From the NCBI GenBank assembly GCA_965228475.1, contig OZ245817.1, forward strand, positions 2,400,001-2,464,000: a DNA stretch of 64,000 bases, written 5' to 3'. Positions 37,686-48,502 of this stretch are shown here, piece by piece; positions within the stretch are counted from its first letter, which is position 1; every line of letters starts with the position of its first letter. This DNA is from Myxococcota bacterium (GTDB taxonomy: Bacteria > Myxococcota_A > UBA9160 > JAFDDA01). The notes under the pieces are model-generated. The model did no database searches and was not told the DNA's origin. It saw nothing but the letters and a program-made list of their open reading frames with translations. A program made the translations under genes and the position numbers.

Positions 37686-40088
37686 CTAGCGCCGCTCGAC
37701 CCCGAGGGTCCGCGACAGCGCCGCAACCACCTTGTCGGTGGTCTTGGTGATCTCCTTGTCCGCGAGCGTCCGGTCCGCCGCGCGGAGGGTCAGCCTGTAG
37801 GCCATGCTCTTCTTCCCGGCCGGGATTCCCTTGCCCGCGTACCGGTCGAAGAGCGTCACCCCCTCGAGCCGAGACCCCGCCGCCTTGCGGATGGCGGCCT
37901 CGACCTCTCCAGCAGATACATCCTCGGGGGCCAGGAGCGCAAGATCTCTCTGTACGGACGGGAACTTGGGCGCCGCCCGGTAGCTGCGTCCGGCGGCCCG
38001 GACCTCGCCCAGGGCGTCGAGATCGAGCTCGACGACGACCGTGGCGGGCGGCAGCTCGTAGGCCTCGGCGACATCGGGGTGGATCTGCCCCATTTCGCCC
38101 ACGAGCTTCTTCCCGGCCCGCACGAGGCCGCTCGCGCCCGGGTGAACCCACGGGCCGGCCTCGCCCGGTTCGACCGCACAGGGCCGCCCGAGCGCCGCAC
38201 AGAGGGTCGAAACTGCGTGCTTGGCCTCGAAAAAGACCGCTTCCGCCGACGGCTTCGGGTTCCAGAGATCCGGCGCCTCGCGCGGCGTCGCCACCGCGGC
38301 AAGGATCCGGCGCTCGTTCGGGAGACCCTGGGAGAGCCGGCCCTGGAAGGTGCGGCCGATCTCGAACTGCCGGACGCCGTCGACCCCGTGGCGGAGGTTC
38401 CGCGCCACGCCGCGCAGGAGCCCGGGGAACATCGAGCCGCGCAGGAAGGCGAGCTCCTCGCCGATCGGGTTCGCGACGGGCACGGCCTCTTCGCGGGCCG
38501 GCGTGTCGGCGCCCAGGCGCAGCCGGCCGAAGTCCGCCTCGGCGTGGAAGGCGACGTTCACGCACTCGCTGTAGCCCGCCGCGCGCAGGGCTTCGCGCGC
38601 CTGCTCCATGCGATCGCGCTCGGGCGAGGCGGCCGGCGGGCGCTCGGCGCCCTGGGGCAGCGTCTCGGGGAGCGCTTCGTAGCCGCCGAGGCGCACGACC
38701 TCTTCGAGCAGGTCGGCCTCCTCGCGCAGGTCCCCGCGCCAGCTCGGCGGGGTCGCGAGCAGCGTCCCGTCGCCCTGGTCCTCGACGGTCATGCCGACGC
38801 GCTCGAGGCGGGCCACGACCTCGTCGTTCGGGAGTACGAGGCCGAGGAAGCGCTTCACGCGCTCGAGGCGGAGCCGCACGGGCGGGCGGGCGAAATCGCC
38901 CGAGGCCACGTCGACCACGCCCTTTGCGACCTCGCCGGCGGCGATCTCCCCGAGCAGGCGTGCGGCGCGGTCGAGGGCCCGAGCGACGCCCACCGGGTCG
39001 ACGCCGCGCTCGAAGCGGTACGAAGAATCGCTGCGGATCCCGTGGCGCCGGCCGGTGCGGCGCACCGTGCCCGGCTCGAAGCAGGCGGCTTCGAGGATCA
39101 CGTCGCGGGTGGTCTCACTGACGGCGCTCTCGGCGCCGCCCATCACGCCGGCCAGGGCGATCGGGCGCGCTTCGTCGGCGATCACCAGGTCGTCGCTCCC
39201 GAGCTCGACCTCGTTCTCGTCGAGCAGCGCGATCTTCTCCCCGGCCTCGGCCTGGCGCACGCGGATGCGTCCGCTGGGGATGCGGGCGGCGTCGAAGGCG
39301 TGGAGCGGCTGGCCGAGCTCGTGAAGGACGAGGTTCGTGACGTCGACGACGCTGTTGATGGGCCGCGCGCCGAGCGAGAGCAGGCGGCGCGCCAGCCAAT
39401 CGGGCGACGGCCCGACCGTAACCCCGCGCACGAGCCGCGCCATGTAGCGCGGGCAGCGCTCGGCGTCCTCGACGGTGACGGAGACGGCGTCGCCGAGGGC
39501 CGCGCCGTTCTCTTCGACGGCGGTCGGCGGTGGCGTGGCTTCGAGGTCGTAGAGCGCGGCCACTTCCCGGGCCAGGCCGAAGAGGCTCGCGCAGTCCCCC
39601 CGGTCCGGCAGCAGCGCGACCTCGAGGATCGCGCTCCCGAGGCCGAGCGTCCCGGCCGCGGCGGTGCCGAGCTCGGCGCCTTCCTCGAGGATGAGGATCC
39701 CGCTGTGGTCCGAGCCGAGCCCGAGCTCGTCGGCCGCACAGAGCATGCCCTCGCTCTTCTCGCCGCGGATCTTGCTCTTCTTGATGGTGAGGCCGCCGGG
39801 GAGCTCCGTGCCGGGCGTCGCGAGCGCGACGAGATCCCCGGCCTTCATGTTCGCCGCCCCGCACACGACCGGGCGCGGCGCCTCGCCGCCGTCCTCTATC
39901 GTGCACAGGGTCAGCCGGTCGGCGTTCGGGTGGGGCCGGGTCTCGGTGATCCGCGCGACGACGACTCCTTCGAGCGGGCGCTCGATCTCCTCGACCTCGA
40001 GCGCGCACAGCGAGAGCCGTTCGGCGAGGGCATCCGGGTCATCGGGGACCGGGACGTACTCGCGCAGCCATTCGTAGGGGACGCGCAC
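37686..40088 (-). CDS. pheT: Phenylalanine--tRNA ligase beta subunit
   Basis: HPNADRL, VVCGA, SEGMLC, GQPLHAFD, RFERGVD, C-terminal FDX-ACB; GTG 40088. Confidence 0.96.
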   Translation of the reverse strand: MRVPYEWLREYVPVPDDPDALAERLSLCALEVEEIERPLEGVVVARITETRPHPNADRLTLCTIEDGGEAPRPVVCGAANMKAGDLVALATPGTELPGGLTIKKSKIRGEKSEGMLCAADELGLGSDHSGILILEEGAELGTAAAGTLGLGSAILEVALLPDRGDCASLFGLAREVAALYDLEATPPPTAVEENGAALGDAVSVTVEDAERCPRYMARLVRGVTVGPSPDWLARRLLSLGARPINSVVDVTNLVLHELGQPLHAFDAARIPSGRIRVRQAEAGEKIALLDENEVELGSDDLVIADEARPIALAGVMGGAESAVSETTRDVILEAACFEPGTVRRTGRRHGIRSDSSYRFERGVDPVGVARALDRAARLLGEIAAGEVAKGVVDVASGDFARPPVRLRLERVKRFLGLVLPNDEVVARLERVGMTVEDQGDGTLLATPPSWRGDLREEADLLEEVVRLGGYEALPETLPQGAERPPAASPERDRMEQAREALRAAGYSECVNVAFHAEADFGRLRLGADTPAREEAVPVANPIGEELAFLRGSMFPGLLRGVARNLRHGVDGVRQFEIGRTFQGRLSQGLPNERRILAAVATPREAPDLWNPKPSAEAVFFEAKHAVSTLCAALGRPCAVEPGEAGPWVHPGASGLVRAGKKLVGEMGQIHPDVAEAYELPPATVVVELDLDALGEVRAAGRSYRAAPKFPSVQRDLALLAPEDVSAGEVEAAIRKAAGSRLEGVTLFDRYAGKGIPAGKKSMAYRLTLRAADRTLADKEITKTTDKVVAALSRTLGVERR

Positions 40089-41062
40089 TAGAACGAGTCC
40101 AGCACGCGCTGATCGTTCTCGAACAGCACGCGGATCGAATCGATGCCGTACTTGAGCATCGCGATGCGGTCGATGCCGGCTCCGAGGGCGAAGCCCTGGA
40201 CCTTCTCCGGGTCGTGCCCCGCGGCGCGCAGCACGTTCGGGTGGATCATTCCGCAGCCGAGGATCTCCATCCATCCGCGCTCGCCGAGGATGTCGACCTC
40301 GCCCGAGGGCTCGGTGAAGGGGAAGAAGCTCCGGCGGAAGCGCAGCTCGACGTCGCGGCCGAAGAGCTGGCGCGCCGTCTCGTAGAGGATGCCCTTCAGG
40401 TCCGCGAAGGTCGTCCGGTCGTCGACGAGAAACGCCTCCATCTGGTGGAACATCGGGCTGTGGGTCGAGTCCGCGTCGTGGCGGTAGACGCGCCCCGTCG
40501 TGATGATGCGCAGCGGCGGCTCGCGCCCCTCGAGGGTGCGGATCTGGACCGGCGAAGTGTGCGTGCGCAGGACGATCCCGTCGGCGAGATAGAAGGTGTC
40601 CTGCATGTCGCGGGCGGGGTGGTCGGCAGGGATGTTCAGGGCTTCGAAGTTGTAGTGCTCGGTCTCGACCTCCGGCCCGTCGACCCACTCGAAGCCGAAG
40701 CCGCGGAAGATCTCGATCATCTCGCGCTCGACGTGGGTGAGCGGATGGAGGTGGCCGGGCTCGGTGCCCTTGGCGGGGAGCGTCACGTCGAGGCCCTGGC
40801 CCGAGAGGCTCTCGGCCCGGGCCGCGCCCGCCAGCGCCTCCTGGCGCTCGGCGACCGCCGCCTCGATCCTGGCCTTTGCGACGTTCAGCGCCTTGCCCGC
40901 GGCGCCGCGCTCCTCGGCCGGGAGCTTTCCGAGCCCGCGCAGCTCCGCCGTCAGCGTGCCGCTCTTGCCGAGCAGCCGAGCGCGAACCTGGACGAGCGCG
41001 TTCGCATCACCGGCGGCGGCGACGTCGCGCAGCGCGTCCTCGACGAGTCCGTCGAGGTCCAC
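40088..41062 (-). CDS. pheS: Phenylalanine--tRNA ligase alpha subunit
   Basis: HPARDMQDTF, LRTHTSPVQ and FPFTEPS motifs. Confidence 0.97.
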   Translation of the reverse strand: MDLDGLVEDALRDVAAAGDANALVQVRARLLGKSGTLTAELRGLGKLPAEERGAAGKALNVAKARIEAAVAERQEALAGAARAESLSGQGLDVTLPAKGTEPGHLHPLTHVEREMIEIFRGFGFEWVDGPEVETEHYNFEALNIPADHPARDMQDTFYLADGIVLRTHTSPVQIRTLEGREPPLRIITTGRVYRHDADSTHSPMFHQMEAFLVDDRTTFADLKGILYETARQLFGRDVELRFRRSFFPFTEPSGEVDILGERGWMEILGCGMIHPNVLRAAGHDPEKVQGFALGAGIDRIAMLKYGIDSIRVLFENDQRVLDSF

Positions 41063-41105
41063 GGCTAGCTCGTGGGATCGTTGACGGTGGCCCCGCGAGC
41101 CACGA

Positions 41106-41465
41106 TCAGGCTGCGGAAGCTTGCTTCGAGACTTCGACCAGCTGGGCGAAGGCAGCCGGGTCGCGCACGGCGATCTCGGCCAGCTCCTTGCGGTCGATCT
41201 CCACCTGGGCCTTCGAGAGGCCGTTGATGAAGCGGCTGTAGGACAGGCCGTGCTCCCGGCTCGCGGCGTTGATGCGCGCGATCCAGAGGCGGCGGAACTC
41301 CCGCTTGCGCTGCTTGCGGTCGCGGTAGGCGTACTTGGCAGCCTTCTCCACGGCCTCGCGCGCCGTGCGCAGGAGGTTGCCGCGCCCGCCGACGTACCCC
41401 TTCGCCTTCTTCAGGATGCGGTTCTTGCGACGCCGCGCCTGGGCGCCTCGCTTGACTCGAGCCAT
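41106..41465 (-). CDS. rplT: 50S ribosomal protein L20
   Basis: MARVKRG...AKGY...[12 protein letters not shown]. Confidence 0.98.
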   Translation of the reverse strand: MARVKRGAQARRRKNRILKKAKGYVGGRGNLLRTAREAVEKAAKYAYRDRKQRKREFRRLWIARINAASREHGLSYSRFINGLSKAQVEIDRKELAEIAVRDPAAFAQLVEVSKQASAA

Positions 41466-41473
41466 GATGTTCC

Positions 41474-41532
41474 TCGCTTCCCCAGTCGCCTGGGGGGCGT
41501 CGTTCGCTTCCCCGGGCTGCCGGGGGCGTCGT
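41474..41532 (-). repeat. Tandem pair of 29/30-nt hairpin units between rpmI and rplT
   Basis: + strand TCGCTTCCCC-N8-GGGGG(G)CGTCGT twice (41474-41503, 41504-41532). Confidence 0.8.
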
Positions 41533-41726
41533 TAGTACGGCAGAAGCTGGTTCAGGCGCTTCTCGTCGACCGGATCGACGAGCGCGCTCTGGCGCAGCTT
41601 CCGCTTCCGCTTCGTGGTCTTCTTCGTGAGGATGTGCTGCTTGTTCTTGCGCATCCGCGAAAGCTTGCCGGTGCCGGTGCGCTTGAAGCGCTTGGCCGCA
41701 CCGCGATGGGTCTTCATCTTCGGCAT
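41532..41726 (-). CDS. rpmI: 50S ribosomal protein L35
   Basis: [15 protein letters not shown]. Confidence 0.98.
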   Translation of the reverse strand: MPKMKTHRGAAKRFKRTGTGKLSRMRKNKQHILTKKTTKRKRKLRQSALVDPVDEKRLNQLLPY

Positions 41727-41729
41727 CGT

Positions 41730-42389
41730 CTAGTCCTTTTCGGCCTTCTCTGCGTCGGCCGGCTTTTCGGCCTTCCCTGCGTCGGCCTGCTTGCTCTCCG
41801 CCTCGGCGGCGGCCTGTTCTTCCGGGGCCTCTTCGGCCTCCTTCTTCGCGGCTTCCTTGATCGCGGCCCGGTCCGGCACCAGGATCATCGAGAGGAACCG
41901 GCCCTCCATGCGCGGAGCGCTCTCGGACTTCGCGATGTCCTGGAGGCGCTCCTTCACCACGTCGAGCTGCTCGTAGCCGAGCCGCCGGTGAACCATCTCG
42001 CGCCCGCGGAACATCAGGGTGACCTTCACCTTGTCACCTTCCATGAGGAACTTGCGCGCGTTGCGCAGCTTGAACCCCAGGTCGTGCTCGTCGGTACGGG
42101 GGCGGAGTTTCACCTCCTTCAGCGAAGCCGAATGGCCCTTGTTCTTGTTGGCCTTCTTCTTCTGCTCGTACTTGTACCGCCCGTAGTCCATGATCCGGCA
42201 GACCGGCGGCTGGGAACCCGGCGCGACCTCCACGAGGTCGAGTCCGTCTTCCTGCGCACGGCGCAGCGCATCTTCGGGCTGCATGACTCCGAGCTGTTCC
42301 CCATCCGCACCAATCACCCGGATCTCGCGTGCGCGGATCCGGTCGTTGATGCGGGTGACGTCCCGCTTGTCGCGCGTCGGAAAAGCGAT
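41730..42389 (-). CDS. infC: Translation initiation factor IF-3, probable ATC start, with C-terminal extension
   Basis: INDRIRAREIRVI, PPVCRIMDYG and GDKVKVTLMFRGRE; GGAGG 8 nt before in-frame ATC 42389. Confidence 0.93.
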   Translation of the reverse strand: MAFPTRDKRDVTRINDRIRAREIRVIGADGEQLGVMQPEDALRRAQEDGLDLVEVAPGSQPPVCRIMDYGRYKYEQKKKANKNKGHSASLKEVKLRPRTDEHDLGFKLRNARKFLMEGDKVKVTLMFRGREMVHRRLGYEQLDVVKERLQDIAKSESAPRMEGRFLSMILVPDRAAIKEAAKKEAEEAPEEQAAAEAESKQADAGKAEKPADAEKAEKD

Positions 42390-42591
42390 CAGGAATCCCT
42401 CCCCGGGGTGGATCTCGTCCGCGGCGCCTTCCCCGGGCGACGCTGCGGTTCCTGGCCGGTCTTCTTCGTTCGCTCCAAGAGCGTTTCGCGGCACTGCGGA
42501 GCTGCGGGCCCCGTCATCGGGTGCCCGAGCGAACCGCGGCGCCGCGAAAGCCGCTAGTAGAGCATCGCTAGAGCGTATGCGAAGAAGACGC

Positions 42592-42666
42592 TGGTAGGCA
42601 CGGGCGGGATTGAACCGCCGACCCCCACCGTGTCAAGGTGGTGCTCTCCCACTGAGCTACGTGCCT
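42592..42666 (-). tRNA. tRNA-Val (GAC)
   Basis: AGGCACGTAGCTCAG...CCACC-TTGACAC-GGTGG...GTTCAATCC...GTGCCTACCA. Confidence 0.95.
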
Positions 42667-42689
42667 GAAGGTCCGGTAACACCCGGCGC

Positions 42690-42718
42690 TAACTAGCCTT
42701 TTTACCAACGGGTGTCAA
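42690..42718 (-). promoter_or_regulatory. Sigma70-type promoter for tRNA-Val (possibly also the infC operon)
   Basis: TTGACA-N17-TAGTTA in an AT-rich patch. Confidence 0.6.
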
Positions 42719-42719
42719 T

Positions 42720-43430
42720 TCATCGCCCCCGCCGGGGTTCGCCGCGGACCCGGGCCCGGGCGACGCGGTCGCCCGCTTCGAGGGGTTCGAGCTGGAGCCC
42801 GGGCGGCGGCGAGGCCGCCAGGCGCGAAAGGAGCCGCTCTCCGTGCTCCCGGGTCACGACCTCGAGCACGACCCGGCCCCGGGCGAACTCGATCGGCAGC
42901 GCCGACTGGGCCTTCAGCTGGCCCACCAGGGTCTCCTGGATCGCCTCGTAGGCCGCGTAGGACGGCAGGGTCTCGAGCTCGAGGCGGACCCGCCGGAGGG
43001 CGCCCTGCCCCGGGGGAGCCAGCATGCCGGCCCGGACCAGCCGCTCGCGGATCGGGCCCACGTCGACCACCGCCCGCACGAGCACGACGTACTCGTGGGT
43101 CGCGCCGGAGAGCGTCGTGAGCTGCTTGGTCCGGGTGCCCCGGTCCTCGACGACCCGGAAGCGGGTCACATAGTCCCGGGTCTTCTTCGAGAACAGGCGC
43201 CGTCCGACCGCGCGGGCCTCCTCGGCATCGAGGGCCGGCAGCTCCTCGGAGACGACCCGGTAGACCGCCTCGGCCACGCCGTAGCGGACCGCGTTCTGCC
43301 GGGCACCGTCGACGGCATCCCCGGGCCGGATCCCCGCGACGCCGAGCGAGTCGACGGTCCGGAGTTCGGCCCCGGCGGACGCGGCGAAGAGCGTCAGCGC
43401 GAGAACCACGAAGGAACGAGCGGCGCGCAT
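42720..43430 (-). CDS. Exported hypothetical protein
   Basis: ATG overlaps the dnaE TGA; signal peptide ...ASAGA; host codon bias. Confidence 0.7.
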   Translation of the reverse strand: MRAARSFVVLALTLFAASAGAELRTVDSLGVAGIRPGDAVDGARQNAVRYGVAEAVYRVVSEELPALDAEEARAVGRRLFSKKTRDYVTRFRVVEDRGTRTKQLTTLSGATHEYVVLVRAVVDVGPIRERLVRAGMLAPPGQGALRRVRLELETLPSYAAYEAIQETLVGQLKAQSALPIEFARGRVVLEVVTREHGERLLSRLAASPPPGLQLEPLEAGDRVARARVRGEPRRGR

Positions 43431-46400
43431 CAGAATTCGAGCTCCGTCACCGGGCGGCCGAACAACCCGTTCAGCTTCTCGAGCAGCGCTTCGGTCGGCT
43501 GGACGCAGTAGCGGTCTGGCAGTGCCAGCAGCGTCTCGCTCTCGCCCGGGATGGTCATGTGGAGCACGACGGCGCATTCCCCTCGGCGGGTCGATAGCAC
43601 GTCTTTCAGGGCGGTGAGGCGGTCGCGCGAGAGCTCGCCGGCGAGCACCTTCACGTGGAGGTTCTTGCAGAGGCGCTCCTCGGCCGCTGACAGCTCCATG
43701 CCGTCGCGGACCAGGAGCTTCGGCGTGTCGCCCTCCTCGAGCGTCCCCGTCAAGATGATCGGATCCGGGAGCTGCCCCTCCTCGAGCTGGAGCCCGGCCT
43801 TCAAGAGCTCGCCGAGCCGCGCGTAGGCTTCGGAGAAGACGACGAGGTCGAAGCTCCCCTCCATGTCCTCGAGCGTGGCGAAGGCCATGCGGTCGCCCTT
43901 GCGCGTGCGGGTCTCACGGACCGCCGTCACGAGCCCGCCGACGCGCACCACGGTGCCTTCCTTGCCCTCGACGGTCGACGCCGTGGTGTCGGTGAAGCGG
44001 CGCAGGGCCGGCGCGTGGGGCTCGAGCGGGTGGCCGGTGACGTAGAAGCCGAGCACCTCCTTCTCGTGGGCGAGCCGCTCGCGATCCGACCACTCCGGAG
44101 CCGAGGGCAGCTCGGGCTCCGGCGCCGCGGCGCCGCCCTCCATGCCGAAGAGGCTCTCCTGCCCGATCTCGCGGTCGCGCTGGGCCGCGGCGCCGGACTC
44201 GAGGGCCCGGTCGAGGCCGGCCCAGACGGCGGCGCGGTTCTCGTGGAGGGAGTCGAAGGCGCCGCACTTGACCAGGCTCTCGACGACGCGGCGGTTCACC
44301 TTCTTGCCGTCCACGCGCGAGGTGAACTCGAACAGGTTCGGGTAGCGCTCGCCCTCGGCCCGGGCGGCGACGATCGCCTCGATCGCGCCCTCGCCGACGT
44401 TCTTCACGCCGGCCATGCCGAAGCGGATGCCCTCCTCGACCACGGTGAAGTTCCGGCCGGATTCGTTCACGCAGGGCGGGAGCACCTCGATCCCGCTCTC
44501 CCGGGTGTGGGCGATGAAGCGCGCCAGGCGGTCGTTGTTGCCCGCCTCGATCGAGAGCAGCGCGGCGAGATACTCCTGCCGGTAGTTGGCCTTCAGATAG
44601 GCCGTCTGATGGGTCAGGAGCGCGTAGGCCGCCGAGTGCGACTTCGCGAAGCCGTAGCCCGCGAACTCCGCCATCAGGGCGAAGACCCGGTCCGCCTGCT
44701 TCTCGTCGATCCCGTTCTCTTTCGCGCCGGAGAGGAAGCGCTCGCGCTGCTTCTCCATCTCCTCGGGCTTCTTCTTGCCCATCGCCCGGCGCAGCAGGTC
44801 GGCCTCGCCGAGGCTGTAGCCGGCGACCCGGTTCGCGATCTGGAGCACCTGGTCCTGGTAGACGATTACGCCGTAGGTCTCGGCGGTGAGCTCTTCGAGC
44901 TCCGGCAGCAGGTACTCGACCTTGGTGAGGCCGTGCCGCCGGCTGATGAAGTCGTCCACCATCCCGGAGCCGAGCGGGCCCGGGCGGTAGAGGGCGACGA
45001 TGGGGATGAGATCGATGAAGGCACTCGGCTTGAGCTTCACGGTGAGCTCGGTCATGCCGGCCGACTCCACCTGGAAGACGCCCTGGGTGTCGCCCTTGCA
45101 GAGGAGTTCGTAGGTCGGGCCGTCGTCGAGGGCGGTGTCCTCGATCGAGAAGTTCGGGTCCTTGCGCTCGCGGATCAGGGCCTCGGCGTCGGCGATCAGG
45201 GTCAGCGTCTTCAGGCCGAGGAAGTCGAACTTCACGAGCCCGACCTTCTCGACGCAGCGCATGTCGAACTGGGTGACGCAGTCGCCGGATTTCGGGTCGC
45301 GATAGAGCGGGACGGTCTCGATCAGGGGCTTGTTGCCGATCACGACGCCGGCGGCGTGGGTCGAAGCGTGGCGCGTGAGCCCCTCGAGCCGCTGCGCCGT
45401 GTCGAGCAGCTTCTTTACCTGGCCGTCGGAGTCGACCCGCGCGCGCAGCTCCGGGGACTGCTCGAGGGCCTCGCTGAGCGTGATGCCGAGGGTCTCCGGG
45501 ACGAGCTTCGAGATGCGGTCGACCTCGCCGTAGGTCATGCCCAGCACCCGGCCCGTGTCGCGGATCGCCGCGCGGGCCTGGAGCTTTCCGAAGGTGATGA
45601 TCTGCGCCACGCGCAGCTCGTCGAAGCTGTCGCCCTCGTTGTACTTGTCCGCGACGTAGCGGATCACCTCGTCGCGCCCGCGCATGCAGAAGTCGACGTC
45701 GATGTCCGGCATCGAGATGCGCTCGGGGTTCAGGAAGCGCTCGAAGATGATGTCGTACTCGATCGGATCGATGCCCGTGATGCCGAGGGCGTAGGCCACG
45801 AGGCTCCCCGCCGAGGAGCCCCGGCCCGGCCCGACGGGGATGCGGTTGCGCCGCGCGTAGTCGATGAAGTCCGCGACCACCAGGAAGTAGCCCGGGAAGC
45901 CCATCTTCTCGATCACGCCGAGCTCGTGCTCCATGCGCGAGACGTACTCGGCCTGTTCCTTCTTGAAGGGCTCGTCGGGCCCGAGGCCGAGACGGTCCCG
46001 CAGCCCCTTCCACGTCTGCTCGGAGAGCACCTGCTCGCGGCTCTTCCCCACCGGCACCTGGAACTCGGGCAGGTGGTACGTGCTCATGTCGAACTCGAGG
46101 TTGCAGCGCTCGGCGATCTCGAGGGTGTTGGTCACGGCCGAGGGGTGATCCGCAAAGACCTCCATCATGTCCTCGGCGCTCTTCACGTAGAAGCCCTGGC
46201 CGTCGAACTTGAAGCGCTTCGGGTCGTCGAGGTTCGTGCCGGTCCCGATGCACAGGAGCGCCTCGTGGGGCTCGTGGTCGTGGGCTTCGAGATAGTGGGC
46301 GTCGTTGGTGGCGACGAGGGGCAGATTGAAGTCGCTCGCCATCTTGACGATCTCGGCGTTCACCTGGTCCTGCAGGTCGATCCCGTGACGCTGCATCTCG

Positions 46401-46936
46401 AGGTAGAAGCGCCCCTTGAAGATCTCCGAGAACTCCTGGCAGAGGCTCCACGCGCGCTCGCGCTGCCCGCCGGTGATGGCCCGCGACATCATCGAGGAGA
46501 GGCACCCCGAGGTCGCGATCAGGCCGGCGTTGCGTTCGCGCAGGAGGTCGAGGTCGATGCGGGGCTTGTAGTAGAAGCCCTCGAGGTAGCCCTTCGAGAC
46601 GAGGTAGATCAGGTTGCGATAGCCCGTCTCGTCCATGGCCAGGAGGAGCATGTGGTTGATCGCGTCGTAGCCCGATTCGTCGCGCTCCCGCTTCTCCTTG
46701 TCGAAGCGCGAGCCCGAGGCGACGTAGACCTCGCACCCGATGATCGGCTTCACCCGGGCGCCGACGGCGACCTCGTAGAACTCGACCGCGCCGAACAGGT
46801 TGCCGTGGTCGGTCATGCCGACCGCGGGCATGTGCAGATCGGCCACGCGCTGGACGAGCGGCCCTAGCTTGATGGCGCCGTCGAGCAGCGAGTACTGCGT
46901 GTGGAGATGGAGATGGACGAACGGTGCGTGAGCCAC
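43430..46936 (-). CDS. dnaE: DNA polymerase III alpha subunit
   Basis: PHP HLHLH, GPGRGS, MPDIDVDF, KFDFLGL, OB fold. Confidence 0.98.
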   Translation of the reverse strand: MAHAPFVHLHLHTQYSLLDGAIKLGPLVQRVADLHMPAVGMTDHGNLFGAVEFYEVAVGARVKPIIGCEVYVASGSRFDKEKRERDESGYDAINHMLLLAMDETGYRNLIYLVSKGYLEGFYYKPRIDLDLLRERNAGLIATSGCLSSMMSRAITGGQRERAWSLCQEFSEIFKGRFYLEMQRHGIDLQDQVNAEIVKMASDFNLPLVATNDAHYLEAHDHEPHEALLCIGTGTNLDDPKRFKFDGQGFYVKSAEDMMEVFADHPSAVTNTLEIAERCNLEFDMSTYHLPEFQVPVGKSREQVLSEQTWKGLRDRLGLGPDEPFKKEQAEYVSRMEHELGVIEKMGFPGYFLVVADFIDYARRNRIPVGPGRGSSAGSLVAYALGITGIDPIEYDIIFERFLNPERISMPDIDVDFCMRGRDEVIRYVADKYNEGDSFDELRVAQIITFGKLQARAAIRDTGRVLGMTYGEVDRISKLVPETLGITLSEALEQSPELRARVDSDGQVKKLLDTAQRLEGLTRHASTHAAGVVIGNKPLIETVPLYRDPKSGDCVTQFDMRCVEKVGLVKFDFLGLKTLTLIADAEALIRERKDPNFSIEDTALDDGPTYELLCKGDTQGVFQVESAGMTELTVKLKPSAFIDLIPIVALYRPGPLGSGMVDDFISRRHGLTKVEYLLPELEELTAETYGVIVYQDQVLQIANRVAGYSLGEADLLRRAMGKKKPEEMEKQRERFLSGAKENGIDEKQADRVFALMAEFAGYGFAKSHSAAYALLTHQTAYLKANYRQEYLAALLSIEAGNNDRLARFIAHTRESGIEVLPPCVNESGRNFTVVEEGIRFGMAGVKNVGEGAIEAIVAARAEGERYPNLFEFTSRVDGKKVNRRVVESLVKCGAFDSLHENRAAVWAGLDRALESGAAAQRDREIGQESLFGMEGGAAAPEPELPSAPEWSDRERLAHEKEVLGFYVTGHPLEPHAPALRRFTDTTASTVEGKEGTVVRVGGLVTAVRETRTRKGDRMAFATLEDMEGSFDLVVFSEAYARLGELLKAGLQLEEGQLPDPIILTGTLEEGDTPKLLVRDGMELSAAEERLCKNLHVKVLAGELSRDRLTALKDVLSTRRGECAVVLHMTIPGESETLLALPDRYCVQPTEALLEKLNGLFGRPVTELEF

Positions 46937-48490
<1,554 letters not shown>

Positions 48491-48502
48491 CGTCGGCGGT
48501 CC

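Noticed and set aside
41474..41532. Repeat-spacer-repeat pattern as a mini-CRISPR
   Set aside because: Only two units, the 8-nt variable parts are self-complementary, and there are no cas genes.
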